A stretch of 64,000 bases of DNA, taken from the IMG/VR virus record IMGVR_UViG_3300034082_001419, positions 57,495 through 121,494 of that record; one strand, written 5' to 3'. Made by a program: the position numbers and the translations under genes. Below the pieces are notes generated by a model, which ran no database searches, was not told the origin of the DNA, and saw only the letters and a program-made list of their open reading frames with translations. Numbering within the stretch: position 1 is the stretch's first letter; the number at the start of each line of letters is the position of its first letter. Below, piece after piece: positions 1-9,900 of the stretch. Source of the DNA: a virus.

Positions 1-527
1 AAATAGTTAGTTGAAATAAACTTTTGTTTTGTATCACAACAAGCTGAAAGATCATTTACAGTTGTTTGTAAAGTAGTTACATCTCCTTGTAAAGTTGTTA
101 TATCACCTTGTATTGCAGTTACATCAGTTTGTAATGTTGTTACTGCACCTTGTAATGTTAATATTTGCCCATTAATTGTAACTATTTGTCCTTGTATAGT
201 TACAATTTGTCCTTGTATTGTAACAATATTACCTTCAATAGTAGTAAGTCTACCATTAATGATAAGTAATTGTGCATTAATAAAGTTAGTTAATGTAACA
301 AGTCTTTGACAAAAATAAGTAACAATACCTTCTAATGCATCTACAATAGAATCTCCTTGAGAGACAACAGTATCATTACCACATTTGATATCATCAATTG
401 TTAATACCATACATTGTGCATCAAATACTTCAGCACATGGTTCTGGATTAGGACATTCTGGTGGAGTTGGACATGGTGGTAAAGATGGATAAGCATCATC
501 ACAACCACAATTTATACAAGTATTCAT
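1..527 (-). CDS. Partial (runs off window) Cys-rich, coiled-coil virion/fibre protein
   Basis: Read by hand: ATG at 527, MNTCINCGCDDAYPSFPPCPTPPECPNPEPC..., followed by heptad repeats (IVTIQGQ / VTTLQGD), open to position 1; absent from ORF track. Confidence 0.75.
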   Translation of the reverse strand, partial: MNTCINCGCDDAYPSLPPCPTPPECPNPEPCAEVFDAQCMVLTIDDIKCGNDTVVSQGDSIVDALEGIVTYFCQRLVTLTNFINAQLLIINGRLTTIEGNIVTIQGQIVTIQGQIVTINGQILTLQGAVTTLQTDVTAIQGDITTLQGDVTTLQTTVNDLSACCDTKQKFISTNY

Positions 528-550
528 AGTATTTTATTATTAATTTTTAA

Positions 551-2128
551 TTAAAAAGCTCTTAGTGCACGTACTGCACAAGATGTTGTAGATTTATTAG
601 TATAACTTGTAGTTCCAAAGTCAAATGATTTTGTAATAGCTTCTGAAGCATTAAATTCTGTACTTGACCAATAAAGTTCATTTGCTGCAAGTACATCATA
701 ACCACCTACGGCATCTAATATTTTATTTACAATTGGTGCTACATTAAATAAATAGTTTAATTCCCATATAGCTGGTAAATACCAGTCTGTGAAACCACCA
801 TAAGTATATATATCTGCTAATCCTGCTGCATATGTTCCAACTGCAGGTGCCCCTGTTTGTGCTACAATTGCATTAGTATTTGATAAACCATTATATCTAT
901 TTTTTGCACCAACACCTGGTACAGTTGTAGAATCATATGCGGGTATTGCCCATTCAATACCATAACTTAAATTAAAAAGTGAAGCAATTAATCCTTTTTC
1001 TATACCTGCTTCTTTCCATACTGCTATTACTATACCACCACCATATAGTTCACCTATATAATGTGTGAATGCTCCAGGCACTGTTACATCAACAGTAACA
1101 TCACCAACACCTGTTGTAGGAGTTAATGTTACATTTGTTCCAGCAATAATTTTTGTAACACCTCCATTAACCAATGGACTTGCTGGTGTTCCTAATCCTG
1201 TTATAGTTGTACCATCAACTGATATTTTAACTATTGGATTTAATGGATCTGTATTATCTGTGTTTAATCCTGTTACTGATCTTACAGTAGGCGCATTTCT
1301 TAAGTCTTTAACACAAGCCCATAAGTTATTTATTGTACCTGCAATTGTTGCTGTTGGTGTTGTCCATAAACCAGCGTACTGTGCAGACATTTGTGCAGCA
1401 GGATTAACTTTTGATAAATCAGTTGCAGCTACTGTTTGATTAGAAACTGCTGTAGATAATGCTCCTGTATTTCCTGTTGCTGCAACAAATGGAAACCAAA
1501 TTTGATTTACATATGAATCAATAACAACATTAATAGGTTGTGTACTTCCTGCAGCTAATATTGGTACAGAAGGTAACTCATATGCCATTACCATTGTAGG
1601 TGTAGTATATGAAGGAGGTGGTGTAGTTTCTAAATCAGTTACTCTTACATCTAGATTATCAATTTGATTTTGTTGTAATGTTATTGTAGTTACTAATGTA
1701 CATATTCTTGTACCTATAGTAGTTACATAATTTGTTAAATTCATAGTTGTAACTCCACCTGTTACAAAACACGGAGCAACCTCAACAAAACAATCTGTAG
1801 GACAACCTGATGATGGTACTGGTGGAGTTGCACCTCCTCCTGAACTTGGTGTTCCATTATCTAACTCACATACTTTAACAATTAAAAAATTAATTAAATC
1901 TGTAAAGTTTTGTGGAGAACAATTAGCTAAACTAAAACATGTAAGATCATATGCTGTAATATTTAATGTATCAAGTATTGTACATATTTCTAATGCAATT
2001 TTTTCAACTACATCTGTAATATTATCTCCTTTACATAAATTAATACATTGTAAATCTGGTCCACCCCAAATTACACAATTTGAAGATGTAGGGCTACATG
2101 GAGAATTATCAAAGTTTAATGGTTTCAT
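551..2128 (-). CDS. Virion fibre/adhesin-like protein with Cys-rich N-terminus and C-terminal DUF1566/Lcl (C-type lectin-like) domain
   Basis: C-terminal motifs YIGELYGGGIV, GLSNTNAI, DWYLPAIWELN, YWSSTE, VRALRAF match the DUF1566 pattern. Confidence 0.7.
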   Translation of the reverse strand: MKPLNFDNSPCSPTSSNCVIWGGPDLQCINLCKGDNITDVVEKIALEICTILDTLNITAYDLTCFSLANCSPQNFTDLINFLIVKVCELDNGTPSSGGGATPPVPSSGCPTDCFVEVAPCFVTGGVTTMNLTNYVTTIGTRICTLVTTITLQQNQIDNLDVRVTDLETTPPPSYTTPTMVMAYELPSVPILAAGSTQPINVVIDSYVNQIWFPFVAATGNTGALSTAVSNQTVAATDLSKVNPAAQMSAQYAGLWTTPTATIAGTINNLWACVKDLRNAPTVRSVTGLNTDNTDPLNPIVKISVDGTTITGLGTPASPLVNGGVTKIIAGTNVTLTPTTGVGDVTVDVTVPGAFTHYIGELYGGGIVIAVWKEAGIEKGLIASLFNLSYGIEWAIPAYDSTTVPGVGAKNRYNGLSNTNAIVAQTGAPAVGTYAAGLADIYTYGGFTDWYLPAIWELNYLFNVAPIVNKILDAVGGYDVLAANELYWSSTEFNASEAITKSFDFGTTSYTNKSTTSCAVRALRAF

Positions 2129-2162
2129 ATCTTTTGTATATATTATAATATAAGTATTTTAA

Positions 2163-3200
2163 TTAAGAATTACAACCACATCCGCAATTTGTAGTCTGCT
2201 GACATGAGTTATTATTACATCCACATCCACAATCAGTACTATCTTGACAACAGTCACTAAATGGTTTACATATGTAATCAGGATTATTTATTGCTTGAAG
2301 TTCTAATAATTGATATTTTATATCAAGTCTGTATAGTTCTTCTTCATCACAACATGGTGCAATACCATATCTTTGAGCTATTACATCTTTATAAAGTATT
2401 TCAGAATATGCACAAGCAATTCTTTCATAGTATTGAGTTGTACATGCAGGAGAATTATAACCTGGTCTTATACTTTTAAATGCTACACCTGATGGGCATT
2501 TACCATCTATACATGGTCCATCATTTGTATATATTTTTGGTAAAGTCCATCCTATTGGGTATATCCATTTTAATACACAATACTTTCTACTTATTGTATT
2601 AGCACCAAGTGTTATATCTTGAATAACATTATCACAATCTTCATATTGAAATACTTGTGTTGTTGTACTATTATTTGTTATGGTGCTACAGAAGCAAACT
2701 GTATTAGTTGTGCAGACTTCACATGTAGCAAATTCACTAGCTATTATTACTAAATCATCAGATGAATTAATATTAGTTGTTGATACTGACCAGCATGTAT
2801 CTGGATAAAATGTAAGTTTAACTATTGAAGATAAATATGCTGATACATTAGTTGTAGTATATATACTTGGTCTTACACCATCACAATCAGTTAATTTATA
2901 TCTTGGTGCAGCACACTCAACACAATTAGGATAGTTGTTTTGTAAGGTAACTGTAACTGTTGACGGAACATTACTGGTAAATACAGTAAGATTAAAACAA
3001 CCTGGGTATTCATCTACTGTAATTGTTTTTCCAGCATATGCAGATAAATTTACTGAAGTATAAATTATTAATGGATTTGAAGCATTACATGATTCAAGTC
3101 TATAATATAACGGTGGTAAACACGCAGCACAATTTGGAAATGTTTCTGTTACTGTTGTTGGTACGTAACCAGTTTCAAAGCTAGGTTCAGGAAACTCCAT
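2163..3200 (-). CDS. Cys-rich repeat virion protein with metallothionein-like C-terminal tail
   Basis: Repeated YxLxxC...CxxC units; ends CCQDSTDCGCGCNNNSCQQTTNCGCGCNS. Confidence 0.6.
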   Translation of the reverse strand: MEFPEPSFETGYVPTTVTETFPNCAACLPPLYYRLESCNASNPLIIYTSVNLSAYAGKTITVDEYPGCFNLTVFTSNVPSTVTVTLQNNYPNCVECAAPRYKLTDCDGVRPSIYTTTNVSAYLSSIVKLTFYPDTCWSVSTTNINSSDDLVIIASEFATCEVCTTNTVCFCSTITNNSTTTQVFQYEDCDNVIQDITLGANTISRKYCVLKWIYPIGWTLPKIYTNDGPCIDGKCPSGVAFKSIRPGYNSPACTTQYYERIACAYSEILYKDVIAQRYGIAPCCDEEELYRLDIKYQLLELQAINNPDYICKPFSDCCQDSTDCGCGCNNNSCQQTTNCGCGCNS

Positions 3201-3221
3201 AATATTTATTTTTTTTAATTT

Positions 3222-4070
3222 TTAAGCTCTATTATAAACAAACTGAACAATTGTCCAACAAGCACCTGGATACTCAGCAAGTTTAACAGTTTGATCTAAT
3301 GCATATGGAAATGCTAACTCTTGATCTTCTGATTGTATTTTAACTCCAGTTACACAATTAGTTAATTCATATGTATAGTAACAAGGAATATCACCATCAC
3401 AAAAAAGATTATTAGTAAAAATCTGATAATCAGTTCCCGTAACTGATGGATATGAACTTGAACAAATTACAGCTGGTGCATCAGTAGTTGTAAACTCACT
3501 ATAGCCATCAAAATATGTTATAACACCTGTTCCAGTAACTGTATAACAAATTGGTTCACATTGGTCACAATATGCATCACCATCAATTATTACAGTAGTA
3601 AGATCACCAACAGTTTCTGGTACAACTGTAACATACCAACATGGATTTGGTTCCAAGTAAGTATATGCTAATTGATTAATATAGTTTATACAATCTGGAC
3701 ATTCTTGATAATCAGTATATATTACATCACTATTTATACAATTAACTAATTTATATTTATACTGTGAACAACTACTACATGTATTATAATAACCTTCACT
3801 TGCTTGAGCAATTTGAGCATTAGTTATTGCATTTGGATAATAACCTTCTCCTACTGCTTGCCAACAATACGGAGATATATTACCATTAATGTTTAACTTG
3901 TAAACTTTATTAAATGTATAAGTTAATACTGGTTGTATTATTCTATAAACAGTATTTACTGTTGGATCACAAGATACAAAATACACAACAGTTGAACCAG
4001 CATAATCTTCTAAATCAAAATCAAAATTGAGAAATCTTTCTCTTTCACCTGTATATAAATCTAATCTCAT
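3222..4070 (-). CDS. Cys-rich repeat virion protein (repeats paralogous to 2163-3200)
   Basis: YKLVNC, YELTNC, CW and CxxC units. Confidence 0.6.
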   Translation of the reverse strand: MRLDLYTGERERFLNFDFDLEDYAGSTVVYFVSCDPTVNTVYRIIQPVLTYTFNKVYKLNINGNISPYCWQAVGEGYYPNAITNAQIAQASEGYYNTCSSCSQYKYKLVNCINSDVIYTDYQECPDCINYINQLAYTYLEPNPCWYVTVVPETVGDLTTVIIDGDAYCDQCEPICYTVTGTGVITYFDGYSEFTTTDAPAVICSSSYPSVTGTDYQIFTNNLFCDGDIPCYYTYELTNCVTGVKIQSEDQELAFPYALDQTVKLAEYPGACWTIVQFVYNRA

Positions 4071-4204
4071 GGTTTCTTTGGTTGTTGTTTAAGTTTAACT
4101 TCATAAGCTGAAATACAATTTGAACACACTTGTGCTTTATTGGATGCTACTCTTTTTTGACATCCACATGATAATCTTATTTTGCAGTTTGGACAGTTTG
4201 CCAT
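4067..4204 (-). CDS. Small Cys-rich (Zn-finger-like) protein, 45 aa
   Basis: Read by hand: MANCPNCKIRLSCGCQKRVASNKAQVCSNCISAYEVKLKQQPKKP; ATGA overlap with the next gene. Confidence 0.65.
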   Translation of the reverse strand: MANCPNCKIRLSCGCQKRVASNKAQVCSNCISAYEVKLKQQPKKP

Positions 4205-4223
4205 CTTGTTGGTTTTTAATGGG

Positions 4224-4766
4224 TTAACAATTTTTACATTCAATTTTTTTCATAATCTTTAAAGCATAATTGTAAAGTGACATACCATGATTTGGTTCAT
4301 GACAAAATTCAACTTTTGCTTTTGCAGCATCTAAATACATTTTAGCTGTCTTTAAGATTTCAAGTTTCTTTTTAATATTTGCTGGCGGCTCACACGCAGC
4401 AAGATCTAATTTACATAAAATATTATTATAAATATTTAATGCTTTAGTAATTCTTAAATGATTGTACTCAACAAATACCTGATCATTTGGAGCTACACTA
4501 TATTTAATAGCATATACACCATCAGGTAAATCACTTAATGTATCTCCACATCCTTGTGATTGTAATTGTAAATCACATGCCGTTAATATTGTATTTGCTC
4601 CTGGTACAGTAGTAAGTTGTGTAGAATAATTAAATCCCGGCACTGTTACATTTAATGCAGGACAAGATACATTAATTGAATCTGAGTATACACTTGTATC
4701 AAGTACAGACATAATGCATGTATTTAATACAGTTGGTATTTCTAAACTTAATATATGATGTGCCAT
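4224..4766 (-). CDS. Structural protein (tail hub/collar-like)
   Basis: LPDGVYxIKYS motif; position in crAss-like structural block. Confidence 0.45.
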   Translation of the reverse strand: MAHHILSLEIPTVLNTCIMSVLDTSVYSDSINVSCPALNVTVPGFNYSTQLTTVPGANTILTACDLQLQSQGCGDTLSDLPDGVYAIKYSVAPNDQVFVEYNHLRITKALNIYNNILCKLDLAACEPPANIKKKLEILKTAKMYLDAAKAKVEFCHEPNHGMSLYNYALKIMKKIECKNC

Positions 4767-4776
4767 AATAATTTAT

Positions 4777-4811
4777 AAAAAAAGGGAGGGAAAACTAGTT
4801 CACCTCCCTTT
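4777..4811 (-). terminator. Intrinsic terminator
   Basis: aaagggagg/cctcccttt stem with A-tract on the plus strand (U-tract on minus), downstream of 4837-6150. Confidence 0.7.
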
Positions 4812-4836
4812 GTTAGTAATATAATTTTACTTATCC

Positions 4837-6150
4837 TTAAGGAGCAGGAGCAAGTGGAATACGTGGAGTACATGCTGTAACTGCATCAATAACTTCTAAT
4901 TCAGCACAATCATTACAATTAGATAACCAGTTTGTAACAAAGTTTTCAAATTGATTATCAACACCATCAGTAATAATTTCTAATAAGTATTGCTCATTAT
5001 CAAATGTACTTGTAGGGTTATTGAAACGTGGAACTGAGTGTTGTAAATAGTATCTTGTGTAGAAAGAATTTCTATCAATAGTATTTAAGATTTCATTTCC
5101 TTGTGTGATCTCTCTTATTCTTAAATCAGAATGGAAGAAGTTTTGTCTGTATCTTTCTGATAAGATTACATCTCTTGCAACTGACTCACCTAGACCCATT
5201 GCTTGTAAACCTTCACATTCAGTAACTACACATAATCCTTCAAATTCACATGGAGCACCAGCATAATCAACTAAAGAAGCATACAATTTAACTGGCTCTT
5301 TTTCATAGAAATCAGAAGTTTGGAATGTACAGTCATCAAAACTAGTTCCAACATACGCACCATACAAAGTAATACCTGCGTATTGACCTACTGTGTGTCC
5401 TGGAGATACATAGTTATCCCAAGTACCACCAATTGAATATCCAGCTGGAGCAACTAAACCTGATACATTAGTTCCTGGTGCATACCAAATTGAATTATCT
5501 TCTGCAGTAACTACTGGTAATACAAACGGAGAGATTACAGTTTTAGCTGAATTAACAATTGTATTTGGTAAACTAACACCAACAATATTTTGAGCCCATT
5601 GGATCATTACTAAAGTACCATCAACTGGAACTGGAGCAATAGAACCTGCTGGACAACATCCTGTGTAAGCTTCAACAGTTAAGTAAGCATTGTGATTTAA
5701 AAATCTTAATGCAGGAGAACCTTTAACGTCAATACGTAAAGAATAAGTCTCATCACATAAAAATTCTTTTTCACATGAACCACCAGCTAAAGCGTTAAAT
5801 GGAGTGTATCCAATATTGATTACATTTTGTTGAGCAGCGTTTGGATCAACTCTGTAAAATCTATTTACATACTTAGGATTAATAAGTTTAGATTTATTAG
5901 ACTCTTGGTATCCACCGTGAGATCCAATTTTATCTTTAGTATATAAAGATCCTGAAGCAAGAATTAATGGGCAACAACTTCCCTCCATAGGACCACTTGT
6001 ACTTACTAATTCCCAAGTTTTAGGATCAACAAATGCAAACTGACCAGTTGCTAAAATGTTACCTGGTGTCCCTAATTGACCGTTTGCTAGGTCTGTGAAA
6101 CCTTGTGTTCCAACGAAAGCCTTTTGAAAGGCATGATTAAAATAAGCCAT
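4837..6150 (-). CDS. Abundant structural protein (auxiliary capsid/decoration-like, crAss gene-73 position)
   Basis: Synteny downstream of MCP and ring protein; has its own promoter-like motif and terminator. Confidence 0.5.
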   Translation of the reverse strand: MAYFNHAFQKAFVGTQGFTDLANGQLGTPGNILATGQFAFVDPKTWELVSTSGPMEGSCCPLILASGSLYTKDKIGSHGGYQESNKSKLINPKYVNRFYRVDPNAAQQNVINIGYTPFNALAGGSCEKEFLCDETYSLRIDVKGSPALRFLNHNAYLTVEAYTGCCPAGSIAPVPVDGTLVMIQWAQNIVGVSLPNTIVNSAKTVISPFVLPVVTAEDNSIWYAPGTNVSGLVAPAGYSIGGTWDNYVSPGHTVGQYAGITLYGAYVGTSFDDCTFQTSDFYEKEPVKLYASLVDYAGAPCEFEGLCVVTECEGLQAMGLGESVARDVILSERYRQNFFHSDLRIREITQGNEILNTIDRNSFYTRYYLQHSVPRFNNPTSTFDNEQYLLEIITDGVDNQFENFVTNWLSNCNDCAELEVIDAVTACTPRIPLAPAP

Positions 6151-6214
6151 GATTTTTTTAATTTTAATTTATAAACATATATATAATATACTAAAACATT
6201 TTGTTTTAGCAAAA

Positions 6215-6712
6215 TTATTTTAAAAATAATAATTTGTACTTAGTTGAATTAATAGCATCTTTAATAAGATCTAAATTATTTACTATTTCTGAATAAGGTA
6301 GTTTACCTTGTAATTTATTTATCATTGCATAAATATCTCTAAGATAATTTACACCATCTGCTACAGTGTCAAGAGTTCTTGGAGCAACATCTTTACAAGC
6401 TAAGATTTTTTCAGAAACACCTTGATAACCTTCTATAAGAGTATCAGCATGTCCAGGTAGACCATCATAAAAATCTCCTATTGCTATATGTGCAGCATAA
6501 GATCCTTCACCAGTTACTTTTAAATGTAATTTATGAAAACTATTTCTTGCATTCATTAATTCCATAGCACATGCTGCAACCATTGTATCAAGAGAACTAC
6601 CACCTACACCTGAATCTATAATGGGTTCAGGTTTAGCTTGCTCAACTTTAGGTTGAGGTCTACTAATTTTTGTAGTATCAGTATTTCTTTTTAGCATTCT
6701 ATTTTGTTCCAT
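6215..6712 (-). CDS. Dps/ferritin-like four-helix protein (DUF5856-like)
   Basis: HKLHL...SYAAHIAIGDFYD...DTLIEGYQG...KYKL resembles the Dps-type ferroxidase pattern. Confidence 0.7.
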   Translation of the reverse strand: MEQNRMLKRNTDTTKISRPQPKVEQAKPEPIIDSGVGGSSLDTMVAACAMELMNARNSFHKLHLKVTGEGSYAAHIAIGDFYDGLPGHADTLIEGYQGVSEKILACKDVAPRTLDTVADGVNYLRDIYAMINKLQGKLPYSEIVNNLDLIKDAINSTKYKLLFLK

Positions 6713-6723
6713 TATTATAAATA

Positions 6724-7422
6724 TTAATTGTTTCTTTCTGCTGTTTCTGTTCCTCTAGAGAATTGGTTACCTGATTCAATATCACCAGCTAATATACTAG
6801 CAGCTTCATCAATTAGTAATTCAACTATATCATCTTTAAATTCACAGATTACTTCTGTAGTAGTTTGTACACTTGTATAAGGATCTACACAACCTAATAC
6901 TTCTATTCTTACTGGTTGTCTATAATATGTAAGACTACCTTTACTTATTTCAAATTCATTATTTGTATATACATTAACCTTATTATTTTTTAATGTAGCA
7001 AATGTTTCTGCCCATTCAAAGCTAGGTCTTTTAGCATTATCAAAAAGTAACTGATTTAAGTTGCCTTCTTCTGCAAGATATACTGACATTCTTCTATCAT
7101 CACAACATCCTTTCTTAGCATAAATATCTACACGTTTCCATTGTAGGTAATTAGTTGGTAAGTCAGAGTAAGATGAAATATCTGCTTTTACAAATGGTAC
7201 ATTAATAGTTCCTAGTAATAATTGTAAATCATCTATTCTTCTAGTTGATTGCTCATCACCTTCCTTCACAATATTAATACCATGAAGTTGTCTTCTGACC
7301 CATTCTACTTGAGCTTTATTAAATGCCTCAACTACTTGCCAACATTCAATGTTGTCATAGTCTTGACTATCTAATTTGTTTAGCCTTTGTTTTACTTTTA
7401 TTACTAATACACTATTTTGCAT
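6724..7422 (-). CDS. Head-tail connector / ring protein (crAss gene-74-like)
   Basis: LNKLDSQ...FNKAQ...EQSTRRIDDL...YYRQP...CE...IDEA pattern and synteny. Confidence 0.6.
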   Translation of the reverse strand: MQNSVLVIKVKQRLNKLDSQDYDNIECWQVVEAFNKAQVEWVRRQLHGINIVKEGDEQSTRRIDDLQLLLGTINVPFVKADISSYSDLPTNYLQWKRVDIYAKKGCCDDRRMSVYLAEEGNLNQLLFDNAKRPSFEWAETFATLKNNKVNVYTNNEFEISKGSLTYYRQPVRIEVLGCVDPYTSVQTTTEVICEFKDDIVELLIDEAASILAGDIESGNQFSRGTETAERNN

Positions 7423-7425
7423 TTG

Positions 7426-7896
7426 TTATTTCTTTTTAACTTTCTTAATAACAGATTTTTTCTTAATACTTCCACCTTTTCTATACTGTGCATCTTCAAT
7501 ATCTTCAGCAGTCTTTAAAGGTCCATTATTAAAATCTTCTCTCCAACCTTTAGATCTTAGTTGTTTTTCTTCTTCATTTCTTAAGCTTTGTTCTAAATCA
7601 GCACTAGAACCCCATGAAGTAGCACCTTGTGTATTAGCAATTTTTGATTTTTGTCTATCTATATAGTCATTTGAATATGGTCCATTAAGTTTTAAAGCAG
7701 TTCCTGGATATTTTGTATCCATATATTTTGCAGTATTGCTATCCATAGGACCAACTGTTTGACCATTTTGAGCTTTTTTTAAATTTTGTTTTAATTCAGG
7801 TTTAGCTTTACCTTTTAATGAATTAAAAAATCCAAGTGGATTACCCAAAGGATTTCCCAATGGTCCCATTTTTGGTTTTGTTGTTTTCTTGTTCAT
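7426..7896 (-). CDS. Basic protein with KAQxG and RKGG motifs
   Basis: Lys-rich termini; motifs shared with neighbouring ORFs. Confidence 0.6.
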   Translation of the reverse strand: MNKKTTKPKMGPLGNPLGNPLGFFNSLKGKAKPELKQNLKKAQNGQTVGPMDSNTAKYMDTKYPGTALKLNGPYSNDYIDRQKSKIANTQGATSWGSSADLEQSLRNEEEKQLRSKGWREDFNNGPLKTAEDIEDAQYRKGGSIKKKSVIKKVKKK

Positions 7897-7898
7897 AA

Positions 7899-8411
7899 TT
7901 ATTTCTTTTTAGATTTTAGAGTACCCCCCTTTTTTTTAATCATTCCTGTACCAACATTTGGTGAAGGGTCAGTATTATAGAATTGTTTTGCAAAACTATC
8001 TCCTTTATCTAGTTTTTTAGAAACACTATCCCAACCTTTATTATTTTTACCACCTTTAAAGGGAACTTCTTCAAATTGCTCATAATATGGATATTTTTTA
8101 TTTAGAGCAGCAACTTGATCTGCTAAAGGAACAATAGGTCCTTGTGGTTGATAATTTTTTATAAGATTACCATAATCTCTTTGAGCTTCTTCACTACTAT
8201 TATTATCTCTTATACCTGCAGCAGCTTGTCTAGATCTTGCATCATCCATTGCTCTTTTTTCAGGATTATTAAACCAATAATTATTTTGTGGTCCAACAGT
8301 ATTACCTGTTTGTGCTTTAGGTAATGATTTTTTATATGCAGTTTGTCTAGCTTCATTAGCTTTTCTAAATGCAGTAATAGGGTGTTCTTTAGTTATTGTT
8401 TTCTTAGCCAT
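7899..8411 (-). CDS. Basic protein with KAQxG and KKGG motifs
   Basis: KAQTGNTVGP vs KAQNGQTVGP of the neighbour; ends KKKGGTLKSKKK. Confidence 0.6.
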   Translation of the reverse strand: MAKKTITKEHPITAFRKANEARQTAYKKSLPKAQTGNTVGPQNNYWFNNPEKRAMDDARSRQAAAGIRDNNSSEEAQRDYGNLIKNYQPQGPIVPLADQVAALNKKYPYYEQFEEVPFKGGKNNKGWDSVSKKLDKGDSFAKQFYNTDPSPNVGTGMIKKKGGTLKSKKK

Positions 8412-8422
8412 TGTATATTATT

Positions 8423-8932
8423 TTAACAGTTCCACTTTCTTAAAGCTAATGCTTTTCTTGTAGGTCTACCTTTTTCATCTTTCATAGGTCCATCTACTCC
8501 AGACATTCTGCTACAGAAACTCTTGCGTCTCTTAGCATCTTTGCTTTTAGGATCAAGTTTAGAAGGTTTAGTTGTAACAGCCATCTTAAGTTTACTACCA
8601 GGATTAGCGGCTCTATATGAAGCCACTCCTTTAGCATTTAAGCCGCCTGTTTTATTCTTACCTTCTGATCTTGTCCAAGCAGGAGTGCTGCCCCCACTTT
8701 TCAATTTGGGCATTTTATCATTTTGTTTATGCCAATCTTTTTCAGCTTTAACACCTTGTTTAACTGTCTTAGCATTTGCTGTTCTTGTTAAACTAATTTT
8801 ATCATAACTACCTTTATTTTTATTAGTATGGTTAACCATTATGTCACCAACTTTACCTTCACCTCTTTTAGTAGTTTTTTTATACACTAGATGTTTTTCA
8901 TCACCTGTAGTAAGTTTAACTTTAGTAGCCAT
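8423..8932 (-). CDS. Basic protein with C-terminal DUF6321-like domain
   Basis: AWTRSEGKNKTGGLNAKG...RRKSFCSRM...ALRKWNC. Confidence 0.7.
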   Translation of the reverse strand: MATKVKLTTGDEKHLVYKKTTKRGEGKVGDIMVNHTNKNKGSYDKISLTRTANAKTVKQGVKAEKDWHKQNDKMPKLKSGGSTPAWTRSEGKNKTGGLNAKGVASYRAANPGSKLKMAVTTKPSKLDPKSKDAKRRKSFCSRMSGVDGPMKDEKGRPTRKALALRKWNC

Positions 8933-8934
8933 AA

Positions 8935-9087
8935 CTATTTCTTTTTAGTTGTTGCTTTAATCTTCTTTTCTTGTTTAAGCATTTGTGTAGTAGGTGCTTT
9001 ACCAGAACCTTTATTAGCTCTGATATTATCCCAAAGTCCTCTTTGAGATACACTACCATCTTTACGCTTTAACATTTGCTTTGCCAT
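8935..9087 (-). CDS. Small basic protein, 50 aa
   Basis: Read by hand: MAKQMLKRKDGSVSQRGLWDNIRANKGSGKAPTTQMLKQEKKIKATTKKK; fills the gap exactly. Confidence 0.7.
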   Translation of the reverse strand: MAKQMLKRKDGSVSQRGLWDNIRANKGSGKAPTTQMLKQEKKIKATTKKK

Positions 9088-9088
9088 T

Positions 9089-9706
9089 TTACTTTACTTT
9101 TTTAAGTCTAGGGTTTGCAGCTTTAGCTTTAGCACTAGCTTTTCTAGCAGATGATGCTAATATAGCTCCAGCAGCTTCTTTACTAATACCTTGTTTAGCA
9201 GCTATCTTAGATTGTACAGCTTTGAATCCTGGATGAGTAGTTCCACCTGATTTTTTATTTTCAAGTGCTTGCTTATCAAGTAATTTCTTACCTTTCATAG
9301 CACCTAAACCAAGTGCACCTATAGTAGCAACAGTTCCAAGAACTTTACCAACTACAGGTCCAACTTTACTCATTGCTCTACTTCTATTATTTTTTCTTTG
9401 TGCTTTAGCATAACCACATCCTTTTGGCTTACCAGGTCCACAACTTTCAGTCATACCACCAACTTCTGCTTTAGGTATAACTTTCTTACCAATAAGAATA
9501 TCAGCTTTAGTTATTTTACCATCTTTATTTAAATCTGGAAAAGATTTAGTAGACCCACCTTTTCTACCAAATCCCATTTGAGATGACGTACCCATATTTT
9601 CTTGAGGAATACCATACATATTAACTGGTGCTTTTGCTACTGCAGAACCACCTAATTTCATTTTCTTAGTACCTCCACAAGAAGCACATCCTAGTTTCTT
9701 TGCCAT
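9089..9706 (-). CDS. Basic protein with several xxGG motifs and an EF-hand/dockerin-like loop
   Basis: FPDLNKDGKITKADIL; KMKLGG, RKGG, AEVGG, KSGG. Confidence 0.65.
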   Translation of the reverse strand: MAKKLGCASCGGTKKMKLGGSAVAKAPVNMYGIPQENMGTSSQMGFGRKGGSTKSFPDLNKDGKITKADILIGKKVIPKAEVGGMTESCGPGKPKGCGYAKAQRKNNRSRAMSKVGPVVGKVLGTVATIGALGLGAMKGKKLLDKQALENKKSGGTTHPGFKAVQSKIAAKQGISKEAAGAILASSARKASAKAKAANPRLKKVK

Positions 9707-9717
9707 GATCTTTCAGA

Positions 9718-9888
9718 TTAACATTTTTTACCTTTACTACCACCCATCTTCATTTTAGGTGCAGCTTGTGGTTTATTAACTTTTCCACATGATTTACCTG
9801 ATGCATTTTTTAATGCATATACTGGAGCGTTGGTTCCACCAACTCTACCTGTTGCAACTTTTTGTGCGTTTACTTTTGCGTTAGCCAT
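9718..9888 (-). CDS. Small basic protein, 56 aa
   Basis: Read by hand: MANAKVNAQKVATGRVGG...PKMKMGGSKGKKC. Confidence 0.65.
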   Translation of the reverse strand: MANAKVNAQKVATGRVGGTNAPVYALKNASGKSCGKVNKPQAAPKMKMGGSKGKKC

Positions 9889-9900
9889 GATATATAGTTT

